The translations under genes and the position numbers were made by a program. The notes below the pieces were generated by a model. The model had not been told where the DNA came from and did not search any database. It saw only the letters and a list, made by a program, of their open reading frames with translations. DNA of 64,000 nucleotides, taken from Saccostrea cucullata (taxonomy: Eukaryota). This document shows positions 1-15,370 of this stretch, one piece after another (within the stretch, counting starts at the first letter, position 1; every line of letters starts with the position of its first letter). The DNA lies in the NCBI RefSeq assembly GCF_032062105.1, contig NW_026926657.1, positions 186,001 to 250,000 of the forward strand. Reading direction: 5' to 3'.

Positions 1-2114
1 GGCATTTTGTGGACTATTGAAAATAATGATCATACTTCCAATAAATGTTTTATTACATGTCCATTATGCCGAAATGAACATGTTGATAACACATTTTAAT
101 TCCCAGATCAGATTTAGTCAGTTTTTCACAAAAACAATCATCAAAAACCTATAAAAACTACTAGGGATTACATTGTTAATCATTTAAGAAATAACGTAAT
201 GCAGGTACATGTTAAATGTAATTTGTACAGACAATTTTTTTTTCAATTTCTTTTTAGATAAAGAAATACTTTTTGGTACACCAATTCAATGCTACATGTT
301 ATATTCAATTATAAATAAAAGAAACTAATTATTGTCTATAACCAAAGCTAGAAGGCTGTATTTTTTAAGGAGAAAATTAACGTTACTTTTAACAATGAAG
401 CCGTGTGCTTAAATTTTAAGAATTGTCACAGATATTGGTGCTTTTATCTTTTTTATTAGTCCTCTAGATTCATTCTTATTTATCTCCAGTGACATTTAAA
501 ATATGTCATATTTTTTAAATTCTTCATAGAAATTTATAAAAATTATATTGATTAATTTTAAGATATTCAGAACTCGATTCATTTATTACATAATTCATTA
601 TTGTGGTATCAGTGACAGCATCAACTTTATTAAGGACGTTTTTGTCAATTAAAATCCCTCTGATAAATTGTAATAAGGTATATTTTCGTCGAAAATCACG
701 AATTAGCAACATACTGATCGAATAGACTTTGAGAAATGATATAGAGCATCCATTTAAATTTAGCTGCAGGAGATAATTTGCATAAAGATGGCATATTCTA
801 TCTGGTGCATTTGATAATGTGCACCTAAGCTTCTTTTGAATAATGTAGTCCTTGATTGTATCGGTGCTCTAAATTCGTTATATAGTTACATGTATCAATG
901 AAGAAAAAGTCATTAATTTTACAAGTTCATGAATCCTTTCTGAGAAAATTTCTTCAGAGGTCGCCAGATCTCTGGGTGAGTTCCTAACTTGACAAATCTG
1001 TAAGTAAGAAAGGAATTATGGACATATTCAATTGTTTTTGAATTGGCGAATCATGTTTTGGTCAAATTTAAGACTTTGAAAATATGTTCTAATGTATCTT
1101 AAATCTATTCATGATGTTCTCAAAGAAACAAATCGCCATTGGTTTGACCATATTGACCATATTGATAAAACTCTGAAATTATTATTAAATTTTAAAAGTG
1201 TGGTCTTCAAAATTCATAATGAAAGTGTATATAATTTTAAATAATGTAAATTTATTACATGATAAAGTATTGAAATTTAGAACCATGATAACGTTTTAAA
1301 ACCACCCATTGATTTCAAGTACATAATAATTTTCATTCTATCCAACGGAAATTGCAGGATAAAAAATATGTTGGTTGGAGAATTTCTTTGTACTTTTTTA
1401 GTTCACTCTAACCAGATAAAAAGTGAGAACATGAATGAAAACCGCATGAACTTGTATCGTAGTCAGCCGTCAAGTGGAGTCATCATATTTACATTTCAAA
1501 AGATGGAATTGATTAACTGTCTCAATTAATTTGCATAATTTGGCATCTCATAATGTATACATTATTAGATAACTTTAACTGCAACATAGGGGAAAGACGT
1601 TCAAATGCTTATGAATAAATTTCGTCTTTTGATTTTTTATTGCTGAAGCAAATCAAAGGTTGGGCAAACGCTGTTCCAATGTTAAAGATCGATTTACTGG
1701 CTTCTCCCACGACCTGTACATCTAATAAATCAAAAACTTATTGTCGAACAAATATCAAAAGTTTTAATTTATTAAAACGAATTGCTCTCTAATAAATTAA
1801 AAAGTAATGAATCAGAACTTTTAGAGTTGAAAATCTTCACTACAGTAAAGACAACATTTTGTTTTGCTTAGTCAGATATAAGAACTTAATGTGTAATTAT
1901 GGAAAAGGAAAAAGGTTCAGATCTCAAGGGAAAATATTGATATCTTTTTACCTCTGAATCCTTTTATTTAGTTAACAAAGACAAGGCATCCCTTCGACTC
2001 ATATGAACGTCATATCAAGAGACAAATTGATGCAAAAATAAAAAAAACACACACAAAATAGATGATTTCAAACAAGAGACATATTAATATAAAAGAAATG
2101 TCTTTTTTTTTTTA

Positions 2115-2587
2115 TTTCAACCCCGCTTAAAATGCAGAGAGGTATGTGGTGATCGAAATGTCCGTCCGTCTGTTACACTTTGGGGTGCCCATCTCCTGTC
2201 CGCAACTCCTCTTATACCACTGATTAAAATTAAATGAGACTTTCACAGAATCTTTGTTACATGTTGTAATTGTGACCCCCTATTTTACGTTTTGATCGAA
2301 CGCATATTTCGGGTTTCCCAGGCAAAACATGGATATTGCCATTCTTTATGTAATATTGAGGGGCATCCATATCTTATCCGCTACTCCTCCAATACCTCTA
2401 ATAAAATTTAATGACACTTTCACAATTTTTTTTTATATTCTATAATGCAATTGTGCACCTCTTATTCAATTTTTTGATCTGAAACTTATTTCGGGTCTCC
2501 CATAGCAAAAAATGGATTTTGCCACATTAATCATATGGAAGGCGGGAGTACAATTTGGTGAGCTCATTGATCACAGTACCTGTAGTT
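2115..2587 (+). mobile_element. Non-autonomous Helentron-type (HINE-like) element
   Basis: 5' box followed by a gtccgtccgtctgt microsatellite, two ~190-bp internal repeats and a 3' box; same family as 11617-13166. Confidence 0.65.
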
Positions 2588-3009
2588 TGTGTCAGAAATT
2601 GTCATCAGTGTTTGAGTTAATTATCAGAAAGTTGAGATAGGAGAGCAAACACAATCTTCATATATTATGAAAGTTATCTTTTCTTTCTCTTGAGAGAGCA
2701 TTCTTTTTTCTTAAAATACAGTTATTTAGCAAGAAAATAAGACGTGAAACAACAAACAAGCAATCAATTTTATTCTGATGGAATTCTGTTAAAAAAAGAA
2801 GCTTTTCATCTGAAAAACAGAGAGAATAAGGATGATTCATGCCTACATATACATTAATAATGTTATATAAATTTGATTTTATTACATTTTTTCTGAACAG
2901 AATGTGCTTTGAAATTACTGAATAAAATAAAATTAAATAAAAGGGGAAAAATAGCATAGTTCTGAGCTTCTTATACTTATGTGTGTTTCCAGTCTATATA
3001 ACTGCAATG

Positions 3010-3170
3010 AGGTCCCATGTCACGTGTTGTGTAGGTGCTGGCACAAAAGACCCCTTACTGTTAAAAAATACTAAGTGTCGAATACAGCTTTTAATAAGTA
3101 GCCCACCAGCGCAAATGTATCTCCGTGTGGGTGAAAATTTCCCGATGGAACATTAACAAAACTAACCAAA
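3010..3170 (+). mobile_element. SINE 3' fragment
   Basis: Resembles the body of the 7150-7330 element in the opposite orientation (tgtcac..ggtgctggcacaaaagaccccttactg); ends in an A-rich tail. Confidence 0.4.
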
Positions 3171-6100
3171 AATAACTTATCAACATATACTCGTACATTA
3201 TAAATGTAAATCACAAGAAACATTTATACAACGATACTGCATCCAACACCATAGCAAAATGAGTCAAAATTTTAGCACCAAATACTGAATAACGAACAAC
3301 ACTTTTTAAAAAAAACTTATCTGATTGAAAATTCGTTTTCTGACCCCGAATTTGTAATGTCCCAAGGACATAAACTTTATGAACCTATCGCAGGCATATC
3401 TATCAACCCTTATGTTAAATTCTGCACTTGACTATATCTAATGTAAATCTCCTAATTAAAATGTGAATTTTCTCTATTGAAATGTACACATGGAGATTTG
3501 TGATGCAATTTTATGATAAGTTCTACATTAACAGGGATTAAGGACGGATCCATTTGAACATTTTTATCATTCGATGCATTAAATTAATGCACATATTTGA
3601 ATGGGTTCTTGGTTAATGGCTTAATAACAGATGGTATTTATTTGTATAGAAATGCAACACAGGTATACCGATTTTAAAATTAAATTTTCGTAGAAATGGA
3701 TATTTAATCTGATGCATGAATAGTTTTTAATCAGTAATATGTTATGTTTAATTTAATGAAGATCTTTTTTTCTATTTTCATAATGAAGTTAGTATGCAAT
3801 TATTCTTGTTTTTCATAGTTATTATAAAGCGTTTCTGTTCAATAGCTGTTTCTAAGCAATCGTAAAAAACAAAGAAAAAAAAATTGCTTTTAATTTTTAA
3901 TTAAGTTTATTGCAATCTATATCGAAAATACAGGGATAATAAAAGTCCATATACTGGTAGGCTCTACTTATCAGATTAAAGATATTTCTTGATCCTTCCT
4001 GAATAAATAAATTACTTAGTTGAGAAATAAAAACATTCATTTCAATTTCAAACACATTCCCAGTGTATGGTTAATTGGTTAAGAATCGGAGGTGAAAGTT
4101 GTTTGTTTTTATACGTCGTGTAGCCTCCATTCACATACCGTTCATTGACCAAGTATGGCTTAAAGGAAATATTACACATCATACGATCGAAGCTCTTCGA
4201 TAAAAAAAAAAAAAAAAAAAATTAACAACATATAATACGTTATTAGAGGGTGTTCACATATGTGTATTCAAATCTGTAAAAAGAAAATCTTATAAAATAT
4301 ATGACTGTTCATCTAACAGACAGAAATAAAAATAGATATACATTGTAAAATCAATATTTGGGGTGGGAGGGTGAAGGGGAATCTTCTTATACAGAATTTA
4401 ATATAATAAAGTTAACACAGGGGCGGATGTTGGTATTTGCTTTTTTCTCTTCAAATACTTAATCTGCCCATTGGAGATAATGTAATTATTTCTTTATCTA
4501 TTTATCTCAGATCAATATAGGGACCAAAAAAAATCCTTCTTGATCTTTATGCAGAAGAATTTTAAGTATAATGGGCAATAGTAATTAAACCTTTCATATC
4601 TTCACTCAAGAATGATTCATCAGTTTAGTATATAAAATGTGGACAAGGTAAACATGTTTACAGCATCGATTATAATAATATTTTATCTCTATCGAAGCAC
4701 CAAAAAATTGGATAATCTGATGATTAAACTGTGTGTAAGGAGTATCATATAAACAGTTCATTACATATGAACTATGGCTGCACTTCTGCAATTGTCTAAG
4801 CTGTAGACTATAGTATGCTATTTTCTAATTTGTAACATGGATACACACTGCTTCAATGTCAACTCACTGACTCTTAACATCGATAACTTTAAATTTTCAT
4901 TTCCACTGCAAAATTTTAAGGCATGTGCAAAAAATGTCGGGAAATGGTTCTTTAACACTTAACCTTCATCTCAGCTGGAAATTTTATCCTGTGTGTTAAC
5001 AAGTCTTACCAGCATCTCATCCGAGACAACTCTATATCTAAAGACTCATACAGTAGTACTAAGTATCAAAATGGAAAATTGGGCAGATGTGGACTAGAGA
5101 AGATGGTGACAAGGTTCTTTGATAATTTAAATAAATTAATACAAAGCAATAAAAATGTATTTGGTGGTTTACATTCAAGTTTTTTAGAACAATTATAATG
5201 CTTTGTGGTGATTTAGCTGCATAATTGAAAACCTTTTTCAACAATTTTCCAAGTTCAAATTTTGTTCATACACTCGATTGAAGACACCGTTTAAAAAGAT
5301 GCATGTGCGTATGGTTTTGTGTAATACATAATATCTATTAATGTTATACATGATATTGGTGTACAATGTGTGTGCATATTGAGTTTTGCAATGCCACTGA
5401 ACATTTTTAACTCAAAGGTGTAAAGTACCAGTGAGTTTTCGCGTTCACAAGAAACATTGCAAAATAACTGCCAAGGTCGGCCATCGTGATTATGTTATTT
5501 TATCAAGATCTAGAGTTCTTGCGATTACTTTTTCAATATTAGTCAATCTTTATCGAAAACTTCTTCTAAACATCATACACTTATTCAAGGATGTTGAAAG
5601 CTGTTTGTTATTACAGTATAATATCTTTGAGTCTGAGAGAGTTTTCAAATGAATCCAACCGCATGTACCTCAAAGATATGTACAAATATATAAACAGTTT
5701 CTCCATCTGTAGCAAGCATGTTAATTAAAAGGCTCGTTCAAAAAAGGGGTCGATTGTTTCCGAATAAAGTACACTTTCATTGATGAAAAGATATGGAAAT
5801 TGGAATTTCGTCGATAACGGGAGCCATGTTTACCCTCAAATGTTCTCTGGCCGGATGTGACATTACTATCTCTGACAAGAGCAACCGATGTTGAAATTAG
5901 GTTTTTGTTTCATTTTTTCGTTTATATCACTTTCAGCTTAAACGCGTGTCTATATCATACAGTGTCTATTACGTTGATTTTGATATCAATCATTTCCCGT
6001 TTTTATTTCTTTTTTATCAGCAGGAACTCGGATTCTCCTTAATGCAGAGTGACACGGGAAAATCAAACTTCTATCACCGCGGGAGGTGTTATTTAATTCA

Positions 6101-7149
6101 AGTACCTTCAGATATAAAGACGCAATCAGACAGAACTTTCAATTGCTCTTACATTATATACATCATAAAATTCCAGGTTCTCATTTCATAATCTAAGCCT
6201 CACAGATATTGGGGCTGTATATGAATCTATGTACTAATTATATATATCTAACCATTACTAATCGAGGTGGGCTTATGAGGGATAGGAGTTCTTTTACTTC
6301 ACTGTCATCGCTCCCCGTGCCCTTGCCTGACTTCTGAGTCTAAATAACTGTACCGATTGACCCCTCTGACAATTCTTCCAGCCCTCGAGAAATTTCTCAC
6401 CCGAATTTTCCTTGATTGACGATGCTGAAATATCAAAGTTTATGAATTATTTTTTTTAATTAAATGCAAATCGTTATCCCATGACGTGTTTCATTTATCG
6501 ATCAGCTACGTATAAGATCATTCATTAAATTAGGCAATGTTTTGTAAACTTTCAGACAATACGTAAGCAGTCTGTGTTTGTGAACTATTAATTCTTACAT
6601 CGCTAACTTTATAAAAAGAATTTTTTTCTCTTGGGTAAACCTCAGAAATTTTCATTTTGTTTGATGAATAGTTCAAAACAGTTTATGGATCGTTTATAAC
6701 ATAATAATCACACCTGTTAGAAATGAGGCTTCCATTTATGGGCGTTTAAAAAACGTACAAATTATCGTTGCTTAATAAGCATATGCTTATGAAAGAAAAT
6801 AATATTTTCATATGTTTTGAGAAAACGTGTCTTGTAAGCAAACATCAAAAAAGTCAAATATTTCTCACATTAGTTTTCAGTTGCAAAATTGCATTTAAAT
6901 GATGCGTCTAACATATGTATATTGGATGCTAAGCCTTAACCTAATCCTAGCAATGATTTGATCTGAACTGAGGTTCATAATACACTTTACTTATTCTACA
7001 CATATAAATAAAGGAATTGCATTTAAGATTTTTCAATGAGTAACTTGAACTCGGTTTTGTTACATGACTAATTGCATTTGTTTGTTAGTTTGTTAGAAAA
7101 ACGAGAATTTTTCGCTAATCTTTAGAGAAGCCAAAATTTGTTGCTGAAT

Positions 7150-7330
7150 CTTTTAAAACGCGGCACTTACAAAGTCTGAGCAATGAATGATTTTTGCTAG
7201 GCAGACCCTGTGACACAATACCTCGATTTACGTAAGACCGGTCTCCAAGTCCTGCAGTTGGATTCGAACCAGAATCATCCTCTAACTCCGAGACCACATA
7301 GAGGGTCACTGCGCCAATCCTGTGACCAAA
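7150..7330 (-). mobile_element. Degenerate tRNA-derived SINE
   Basis: Minus strand has an A-box-like TGGCGCAGTG and a B-box GGTTCGAATCC followed by non-tRNA body; no intact cloverleaf. Confidence 0.55.
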
Positions 7331-9595
7331 AGTATCGATAATTTTAGACAAGCTCAGTCTGGTAAATATAAAGATATGAAGCAGTTCAATTAAGATAAGT
7401 TCTTCATTCTTTATTGATGGATTTAATGAAAAGTAATCGAGATCAAAATTTCATTCAAACAACGGACACTCAAATCAGGAGCAGCTAGAGCAAACAGGAC
7501 CTGTAAGACACCAGGGATAGGATCGGGTGCCATGGAGGAGTAAACATGTTTCCCTTGTCGACCGGTCACATCCGCCATGTGCTTCTTGATCGATTTCAGG
7601 CAATCGCAAGAATACGTAGAGACAACTCAGTGCGTAAAATGGCCTAACAATATGCAAGTTTTAGTCAAGTATTCGCTCCGTGATCAAATTATCGTTGTTT
7701 TCGAAGCACTGTCGCGACTGACCTTAGCTAGTCTATAGAACATGTTAAAATTATGTAAAAGTCCCAGAATAAATTCTGCCTAATAAAAATGCAAAAATAC
7801 AGTCATGTAGGTCTACCTTTAACGGGGCGCAAATGGTACCCATAACTAGGAATTAAAGAGATAATATGGATTCTTTTCATGATTTAATTTTATTTGTTAT
7901 GAAAGAGAATAAATCTTCCTAACCCGATTACAATAATATTATGTACCTACATTTATTAGAAAATTGAGATGAATACTGTCAAACATAAATAATGATTTAC
8001 GCAAAGTGAAGAATATTGAATAGCGCTACTTTCCTTTACGAACCGGTCTGTGATGTCACTAATCAAACTTCAAACAATGCGAAATATATTATGCATTCAA
8101 TTAATTAATTACAGTGCAAATTTTTTTAATATAAATTCTAAAAATAGATGCAATTGGAAAATAATTGTTGTTTTAGTAGCAAAGGTTACCCATCTGCGTG
8201 GGACAGTCATATTTTGGGGCCATGAATTCTGAGTATTAATTAATTATGTTTACAATTTTTTTCGCTTGTGTGTGCGGTCTTTGATTATATATTCAAAATC
8301 AAAGAAGAATTTTAGACATGGGCAAAACTTTCATTGTTTTCCTACAAAATACTGACAAAATGTAAATTCCTGTCGATGCTGACTTTTCTTTTATTTTCTA
8401 GATGTCCGTAGAGTGCAGAGCAGTGGGGGAACAAATACATACCCTTTGCTTCCTGATCTATAATTTTTTTGATTGAGTATATATCGCATATGACCTAAGG
8501 ATTGTCTCTTTTTTATTTACGTGGTCGTGTGAATTCAGAGCTGTTTTTCTCTTGTTTACAAGCATTTTCAGGTGTTGACATTTTGATAATCCTTCATCAT
8601 ACATTATGTTTCTTTAAAAGGATATGGGAAAAGACATAAAATGCAAAAATACATTTGCTTCAAATCCTAAAGAAATCTCAAGTGAAGCAGTTTAATGGTG
8701 TATCATCTCATGTCCTGAAGCAATGTAATTCCAAAATGATATTTTCACACAAAGTGAATGTACCATAAATGAGTGGGAGAATTAGGATTAGTAAATGCAT
8801 AATGTAATTATAAGATATATCAACTTTTTTGCTTCACCAGGTATAGAAGGGGTGCATGTATATACAAACAAAAACAACGTGTTTTAAGAAGATGTGCTCC
8901 TGATAAATAAAATGTACATGTACGTGTGTGAAATGTGTACGTCCTCGTGTAATACTCATGTAGATGCATTCTTCATTGCATCATTATATTCTTGATCTAT
9001 AATGCATGGATGCCTTTGGTTATATTTACGATGTATAGACTACGAACTATTTACTTCAGGTCTTTATGGGGGAAATACCGGTAATAATCAAAAGGAAGGA
9101 TGTTGTCCTCAGTGTATATTTACTATACATGCAAAACACATAGGAAACAGTTTCCTTTCAGCAAGAGCGTGTGTAAAGTAATATTAAATCGTCTTGTGGC
9201 CATTTTTTGGTAATTTTGAATTTGCAAATTAAATTTATTTATAATGTAAAGAAATTGAATTCTTTCTACTACAAAAGCTCATGAATTTTTAATTCTATTC
9301 AATACAGCCAAGACTAATTGCTAGATTATATCATTAGAAGAAGAATAATGAAGTCTATAAAACTTTAATGATGCTTAATTACACGTATATAATAGATTAA
9401 ACCTCACCTTCCTTATACAATTATTCAGTTTCATTGATACGCAATGCATTTTTATTTGTGATAAATCATAGTAAAAATGGGAGATGAAAATAGTATAATT
9501 TGACGAGGAATGCTTAGTTCCTCTAGATAACTGATCTAACTTCTAGTACTTGTAAGGTTTTCTGATTTTATTTTCTTTCACGATTCTTTCTTTAA

Positions 9596-10509
9596 GGTAG
9601 GATTCTGCCCTGGTTTCTGACTAGATGAAATATTAATTGTATATTTGCTTATATGTCATGTATTTAGGTGAAAGAGATTTAAAAGACCATATTTTTCTTT
9701 CCTCGTCACAATTGTACAACTTTAAATATAAATACAGAGACTATATATTTGGCGGAATGGTGGCGTATGAAAATATCTTCTTTTCTGACTCTCAAAATTA
9801 TTATAGAACTAGGAATTTAGTTATGATTTTTACACAATCAAAGACTAAAAGAATTTTTCAAATGTTAGCTAAAATAATAATTAAACACTAAGGTTTTAAA
9901 ATGTATCAAATAAATATGAATTTCCAAACAAACTAGAATTATGTCAGCTTTTAAAAGCTCAAACTCTAAGTACAGATATGAGCAAAAAATCCGTAGGAAG
10001 TGTTTTTACTCTCTTACTAAACGGTCAAAACTTTTTGTTTTTGTATCATTTTGTATCTCTGTATGACTTCTTTACCATATGTAAAAATGAGAAAAATTGA
10101 AACATAGGGTGCATATTAAAATAACTTAAATATCTTTTAAAATTAAGAAAAATAGAGAAAATTCGGATCAGCCAAAATCCATTTTTGTTAAACTATTTGT
10201 GTCATTTTGGTAATATCATCTTATATACCCTATATGGTAATATCTTTTTATGCAAACAGTTTTGTTTAAACGTTTAAACATTTAATCTTTTGAAATAGAA
10301 GACCCTATCTCATGATTGGATGCAGTTATTTTTATTCTTAATGATCGGGGAAAAGGTAATGACCTTGACCTGACATTGACTCTAATATAAAATGGTGAAA
10401 ACTAATCTAACTAATGCCATCACTTAGTAATATTGTTTTCTTGATTCTGTGAAAATTTCATTAACTTTTAAATACAAGAAATACAGTTTTGTGTGAGAAG
10501 AATCCTACC
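9596..10509. mobile_element. Non-autonomous TIR element, Kolobok-like
   Basis: ttaa|GGTAGGATTCT ... AGAATCCTACC|taaa. Confidence 0.6.
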
Positions 10510-11616
10510 TAAATTAAAAGAGTTTTTGAGATTTATCCTGATTTCTTTGTTATATTCACCCTTTCCATTTAAATGTACATGAAATAGTTTAGATATCTTT
10601 GTGCTCGTGGGTGCCGTAATGTCCCATATTATATGATGCCTTAGCAAATTTTCAAATAGTAAAGATATATGTGTCGACCCAAAAAGAGAATACCAAAATA
10701 TGTGTATAATTTTAAAGTGCTGCTAATAGGTGGAAGAGATTTTATAGCTCTAAAACAAATTAAGATATATGTTTTAATGTGTGTTCCAGAATCATTTTAA
10801 TTGAAGACCTTGCACTATATAAAACACATGCAATCGAAAACAAATTACAGATGCTGGTACCAGGAGGTACAGAGTATTAAGGAATATGTATTTAAAACTG
10901 TCCTTAAGTCGGGTTAAATGGTTCATAAGTTATTATCAAACATAAAAAACACGGCTTCATGACATTAAACGAAACCGACTGATGCCAAACAATAAACACA
11001 GTAATTAAGAAAATGTAGCACATTTTTGTGAACTCGTGAACTTTTATACCGCAGACTTTTACTCCTGGTACCAAATCTCTTTGACATTCAGTCCGATTCA
11101 TCCGTATTTGTGAGTTTATTAGTAAGATTAGGAAGGAATTCTTTATATAGTCTTAATATTTCAAAGGGTTCTGACGTCACGATGTATCGGGTTCACGGAC
11201 GTCGTCTTCTTTCGTACAATATTGTGTTAATGGTGTCATAAAATTTAAGACCTTGTACTCATTCTTTTAAAAATACACTTGGCTTGGCTGAGAGAGACAA
11301 GGATGCACACTTACTGCAAGGGTGTTCAGAAGCAAAATATAAAGATATGAATGTAATGGTTATCTACATGTAAATGTCACATAATAAACATAATTAGGTA
11401 AAAGTATATTTTTTATTGTATAAACTTTTTTGTCATCGAGTATTAAACTTTTGATAAAATGATTAGACACAAATGTGATTATATCAATAGGCAAGCCGGA
11501 TGCATTGTTTTTCAGTTCAGGTTTAGCAGGTTAGGGAATAACTGAATATCCGAACAAATGTCATCTACTAGTTAAAAGGAGAAATGCAAGGAAAAGAACT
11601 GATGAAAACAAACCGA

Positions 11617-13166
11617 ACTAGGAAAAAAAGGTACTTTGAGCACTGAGCTCATAAAATGATACTCCCTCCTCTCATAATGATATAAATATAATGACAAAGT
11701 CCATGTTTTGCTTTGGAAGACACAAAATAAGTGTGAGACCAAAAAGTGAAATAGGTCAGATGCACAATGACATTAAAAGCTTTGAAAGTATCATAAAATT
11801 TTATTTAGCGGTATAGGAGGGGTTGTAGATAAGAGATGGGTACCCTTTGATATTATAGAAGGAATAGCAGTGTCCAAGTTTTGCTATGGGAAACCCAAAA
11901 TACATGTCAGATCAAAAAGTAAAATAAGAGATGCTTAATTTCATTGTTCGCTCATATTTTTTTTACATTTTGATCTGACCCTTATTTCTGCTCTCCCAGA
12001 GCAAAACATGAGCTTTGCCATTATAATCATATGAGAGGCGCAGATTTTCATTTAGTAAACTCGATCATTCTCACAGTACCTCTAGTAATACCCCACGCTT
12101 GAAAGTTAGGAGGGTATCTAGCAACCAGGATGTCCAATCGTCTGTACGTCCGTCCGTCTGTTACGCTTTGGGGTACCCATCTCTTATCCGTAAATCCTCC
12201 TATACCACTGAATGAAATTTAATGAAACTTTAACATAATCTTTAACATAATACAATGAATGAAATTTAATTAATTGACTTCTCAAACAGAATCTTTGTTA
12301 CATATTCATAGTACACTTTGTATATTATGAATATTTCACCATTTATTTTACATTTTTATCGGAAACAGATTTCGGGTTTCCCAAAGCAAAACTTGGTTGC
12401 TGTCATTCTTTTATTAATCTCTTATCCACAACTTTTCCTATACCACTGAATAAAATTTGTTAATACTTTCACAAATTCTTTACTGTTAAGTATTTACTAT
12501 TGTGCACCTCCTGTCTTGCTTTCTGATCTGCCTTTTTTCGGGTCTCCCAGAGCAAAACATGAGCTTTGCCATTATGTTATTAAGGATATATGAAAGTATC
12601 ATTGAATTTTTTTCAGTGAAATAAGAGAGGACAGTTTTACGATTTTGTAAATTATGGTTTACAACTCTTAACTATGGTTAACGATCTGATAGATATAGTT
12701 TCACGATTTGTGAAATTATGATTAACAAATCGTAACTACAGTTCACGAATGTAAATTATAGTTTACAGATGTGAATCTATATTTATAAACAAAATCTATT
12801 CTTAACGTTTTATTACAGACAGATAAACTTAGATTAGCATTCGTAAACTATAATTAACAACCGTTATGTTTAGCTCATTTTTGTGAATTTGGCGTGTCAT
12901 ATATATATATATTTATATGGTTTGCAAATGGGAAACCCGAACTTTGTGCCCTATCAAAAGTAAAAAATGCTCCAGGTGCACAATGGCACTAGACCTATAT
13001 ATCAAAGAATCTGTGAAAGTATTGTTAAATTTCATTCAGTTGTAATAAAAAGAGGAGTTGCGGTTAAGAGATGGGTACCGCACATCGTAAAAGACGGACG
13101 TACAGACGGACAGACATCCCGATCACTTTATATATACCCTTCTCCTTTTCAAACGAAGGATATAAA
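11617..13166. mobile_element. Cluster of HINE-like element copies in alternating orientation
   Basis: Segments match 2115-2587: reversed at ~11617-11940 and ~12900-13166, forward at ~11945-12580. Confidence 0.65.
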
Positions 13167-15270
13167 AACTGCATGTGACCACGGGGAAATAGATTTTTTT
13201 GCAAGAAATTCAGAAATTCATAAAAACATGTATTGAGTTTTTAAAATGGAGGATTTAATCGTACTCAACAAAACAGAGGGCAACCAGCATTTTTATGAAA
13301 AGTTCCCTTACATGTAACAGCTAATAGTCTTAAAAACGTGAAAGGGGTCGGGTGATTTTTTTTTTAATCATTTTTAACACAGTTGGGAAATTCTCAAATG
13401 GAAATTGTGTAATTGTTTCATGAACTCTACCAGAAACTTGATTTACATAGAGCCATAAATATATTTGATTTAATACTGTAGTTGAAATGATATTTAGTAT
13501 TATTGAAAACGAATTTTGAAATAGTAAATGGAATTTACTTTTATTTTGATTGAGTAACTCGTGTACATTTGTTACCGATGAATGATAAAGAACTATCATA
13601 AATAATTGAATTGAATTGTTATATCTGTGTGTTTTTTTTTCCTGGCTTCATATACAAAAAACAAAATTATTATTTATTTTCAATGTTATCAAAGATTTTT
13701 TTTAAAGATTAAATTACATGGAATCGTGTTAGTTGTAGAGTAATATGTGCATGTAATGTATGATGTATCTGAAATATAATATTAATTACTTCCTTATATT
13801 TCATTACTATTTTTACGTTAAGATATAGTAAGATATAAAATATCGAACACTGATCTGTCTTAAAAATCTTAAACCTTTCGAAAATTATATTGGCATTGAA
13901 CACAATTAGTTATCGCCAGCTGAAGTATATTACACAAAGAGCGATAACTCTATAACTAACAATATTTTCCTCCTTGACTGCTGGGTTCTAATTAATGTAC
14001 TAACCCCACCCCATCCCCTCCAGAAAAAAAATAACGAAAGAAATAAACGTCATCACTCTCTTGATAAGCCCATCGCACCCATAATTTAAAGGATGTACAT
14101 TAAATTAGTTTTTTTTTTTACTTTTTTCTTATGCATTAAGGTTCTTTTAGTTCAGATTACAACATGTACAAAACCCCTGCTGTTCCGACTACTTACAATA
14201 CTGTTGAAACAATAAATTGTTGTATCATTTAGATAATTTTAAGCTTGCATATACACATGTCATGTATGACCGATGTATGAATGTTGGTTTTACTTTTTTG
14301 TATTCGTAAGGGACATTGAAAATGGACATACATGATTTTGTCATTGAATTGGGGTTTTAAAGTTTTAATTATTTTTTCAATTATATGGAATTCATATGGT
14401 TAGGACGGAGAAGGGGGTGGGGTATAAATTTTAAGAAAAAAAAACAGAAAAGGCATATATTTTTTCTGAGTGGAGCCCACTCCTTTTCCCTGGATTCACA
14501 ACAAGCACGTACGTAGCAACGGGGGTTGGGGGGGGGGGGCTCCCTTTTTTCCCAAAATTACTTTTACTATTGGAAATGTTCAGTTAAAAGCTGCCCCCCC
14601 CCCCCACGCACACACACACTTTAAACTACAGGAAAGTGATTTAATGGAAATGTAGGGGTTTTTTTTGCTTGTCAACTTTTTTAAGTTTACTAAGTTAACA
14701 AAAAAAATTCTCTAACTTTCTCTAACTTTCTCCCCCCCCCCCCCACTTTCAAAAACAATGCTACGTGGCTGCACCATGCAGCTAGTTCAATCAGTATCAT
14801 ATGTCTTTTTTTCTCATTTTGTTTTTGTTTTCGATATCTACATGCATGTGCATACATGATGAAATTACTTATTAATCATTATACAGGTTGTTATCAGGTT
14901 ATATATTTCAAAAACATTCAAATGAAATTTAGATGCATTTAATTTTTAAATTCAGAAATAATTTTTTAAGCTATGACACAATCATACATTAGAAGGATTG
15001 GAATTTTTTAAAATCTCAATTTCATTATAAGGGACCTATATACATGTTCTTCCTATAATATACCTAGTAACTGTATATATAGGTCCCTGTCGTTACAAAT
15101 TAAACATTCTTTCATATTCTGACAATTTTCAGACAATTGGAGAAGATGACGATCTATAATTTATTCAGAGAATTTCGTATTTTCCTTATTTTATAACACA
15201 GAATGAGATTAGGATTTTTAAAAATCTTCTTATAAGGATTTTTTTTTAATTATTGGGTGTTTTGGAACTT

Positions 15271-15370
15271 TTTGAATTTAGCGCGCAGAAAAATATTTTC
15301 AACCAATGAAAATTGACGTGGTACAAAGTGCTCGTCTACAACGATACCAGTCACGTGACACAACACGGAA
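15271..15370 (+). promoter_or_regulatory. Putative FBXL14 proximal promoter
   Basis: Within 100 bp before ATG 15381: TTTGAA (15271), TTTAGCGCGC (15277), CCAAT (15303), TGACGTGG (15314), palindromic GTCACGTGAC (15350-15359) and CGGAAG (15366). Confidence 0.5.

Noticed and set aside
7250-7330. tRNA gene
   Set aside because: It has A/B boxes but no acceptor or anticodon stem pairing, and continues into SINE body.
7470-7650. Retroelement-associated structured RNA
   Set aside because: Resembles a dispersed repeat fragment, but I could not identify a ribozyme core or element termini.
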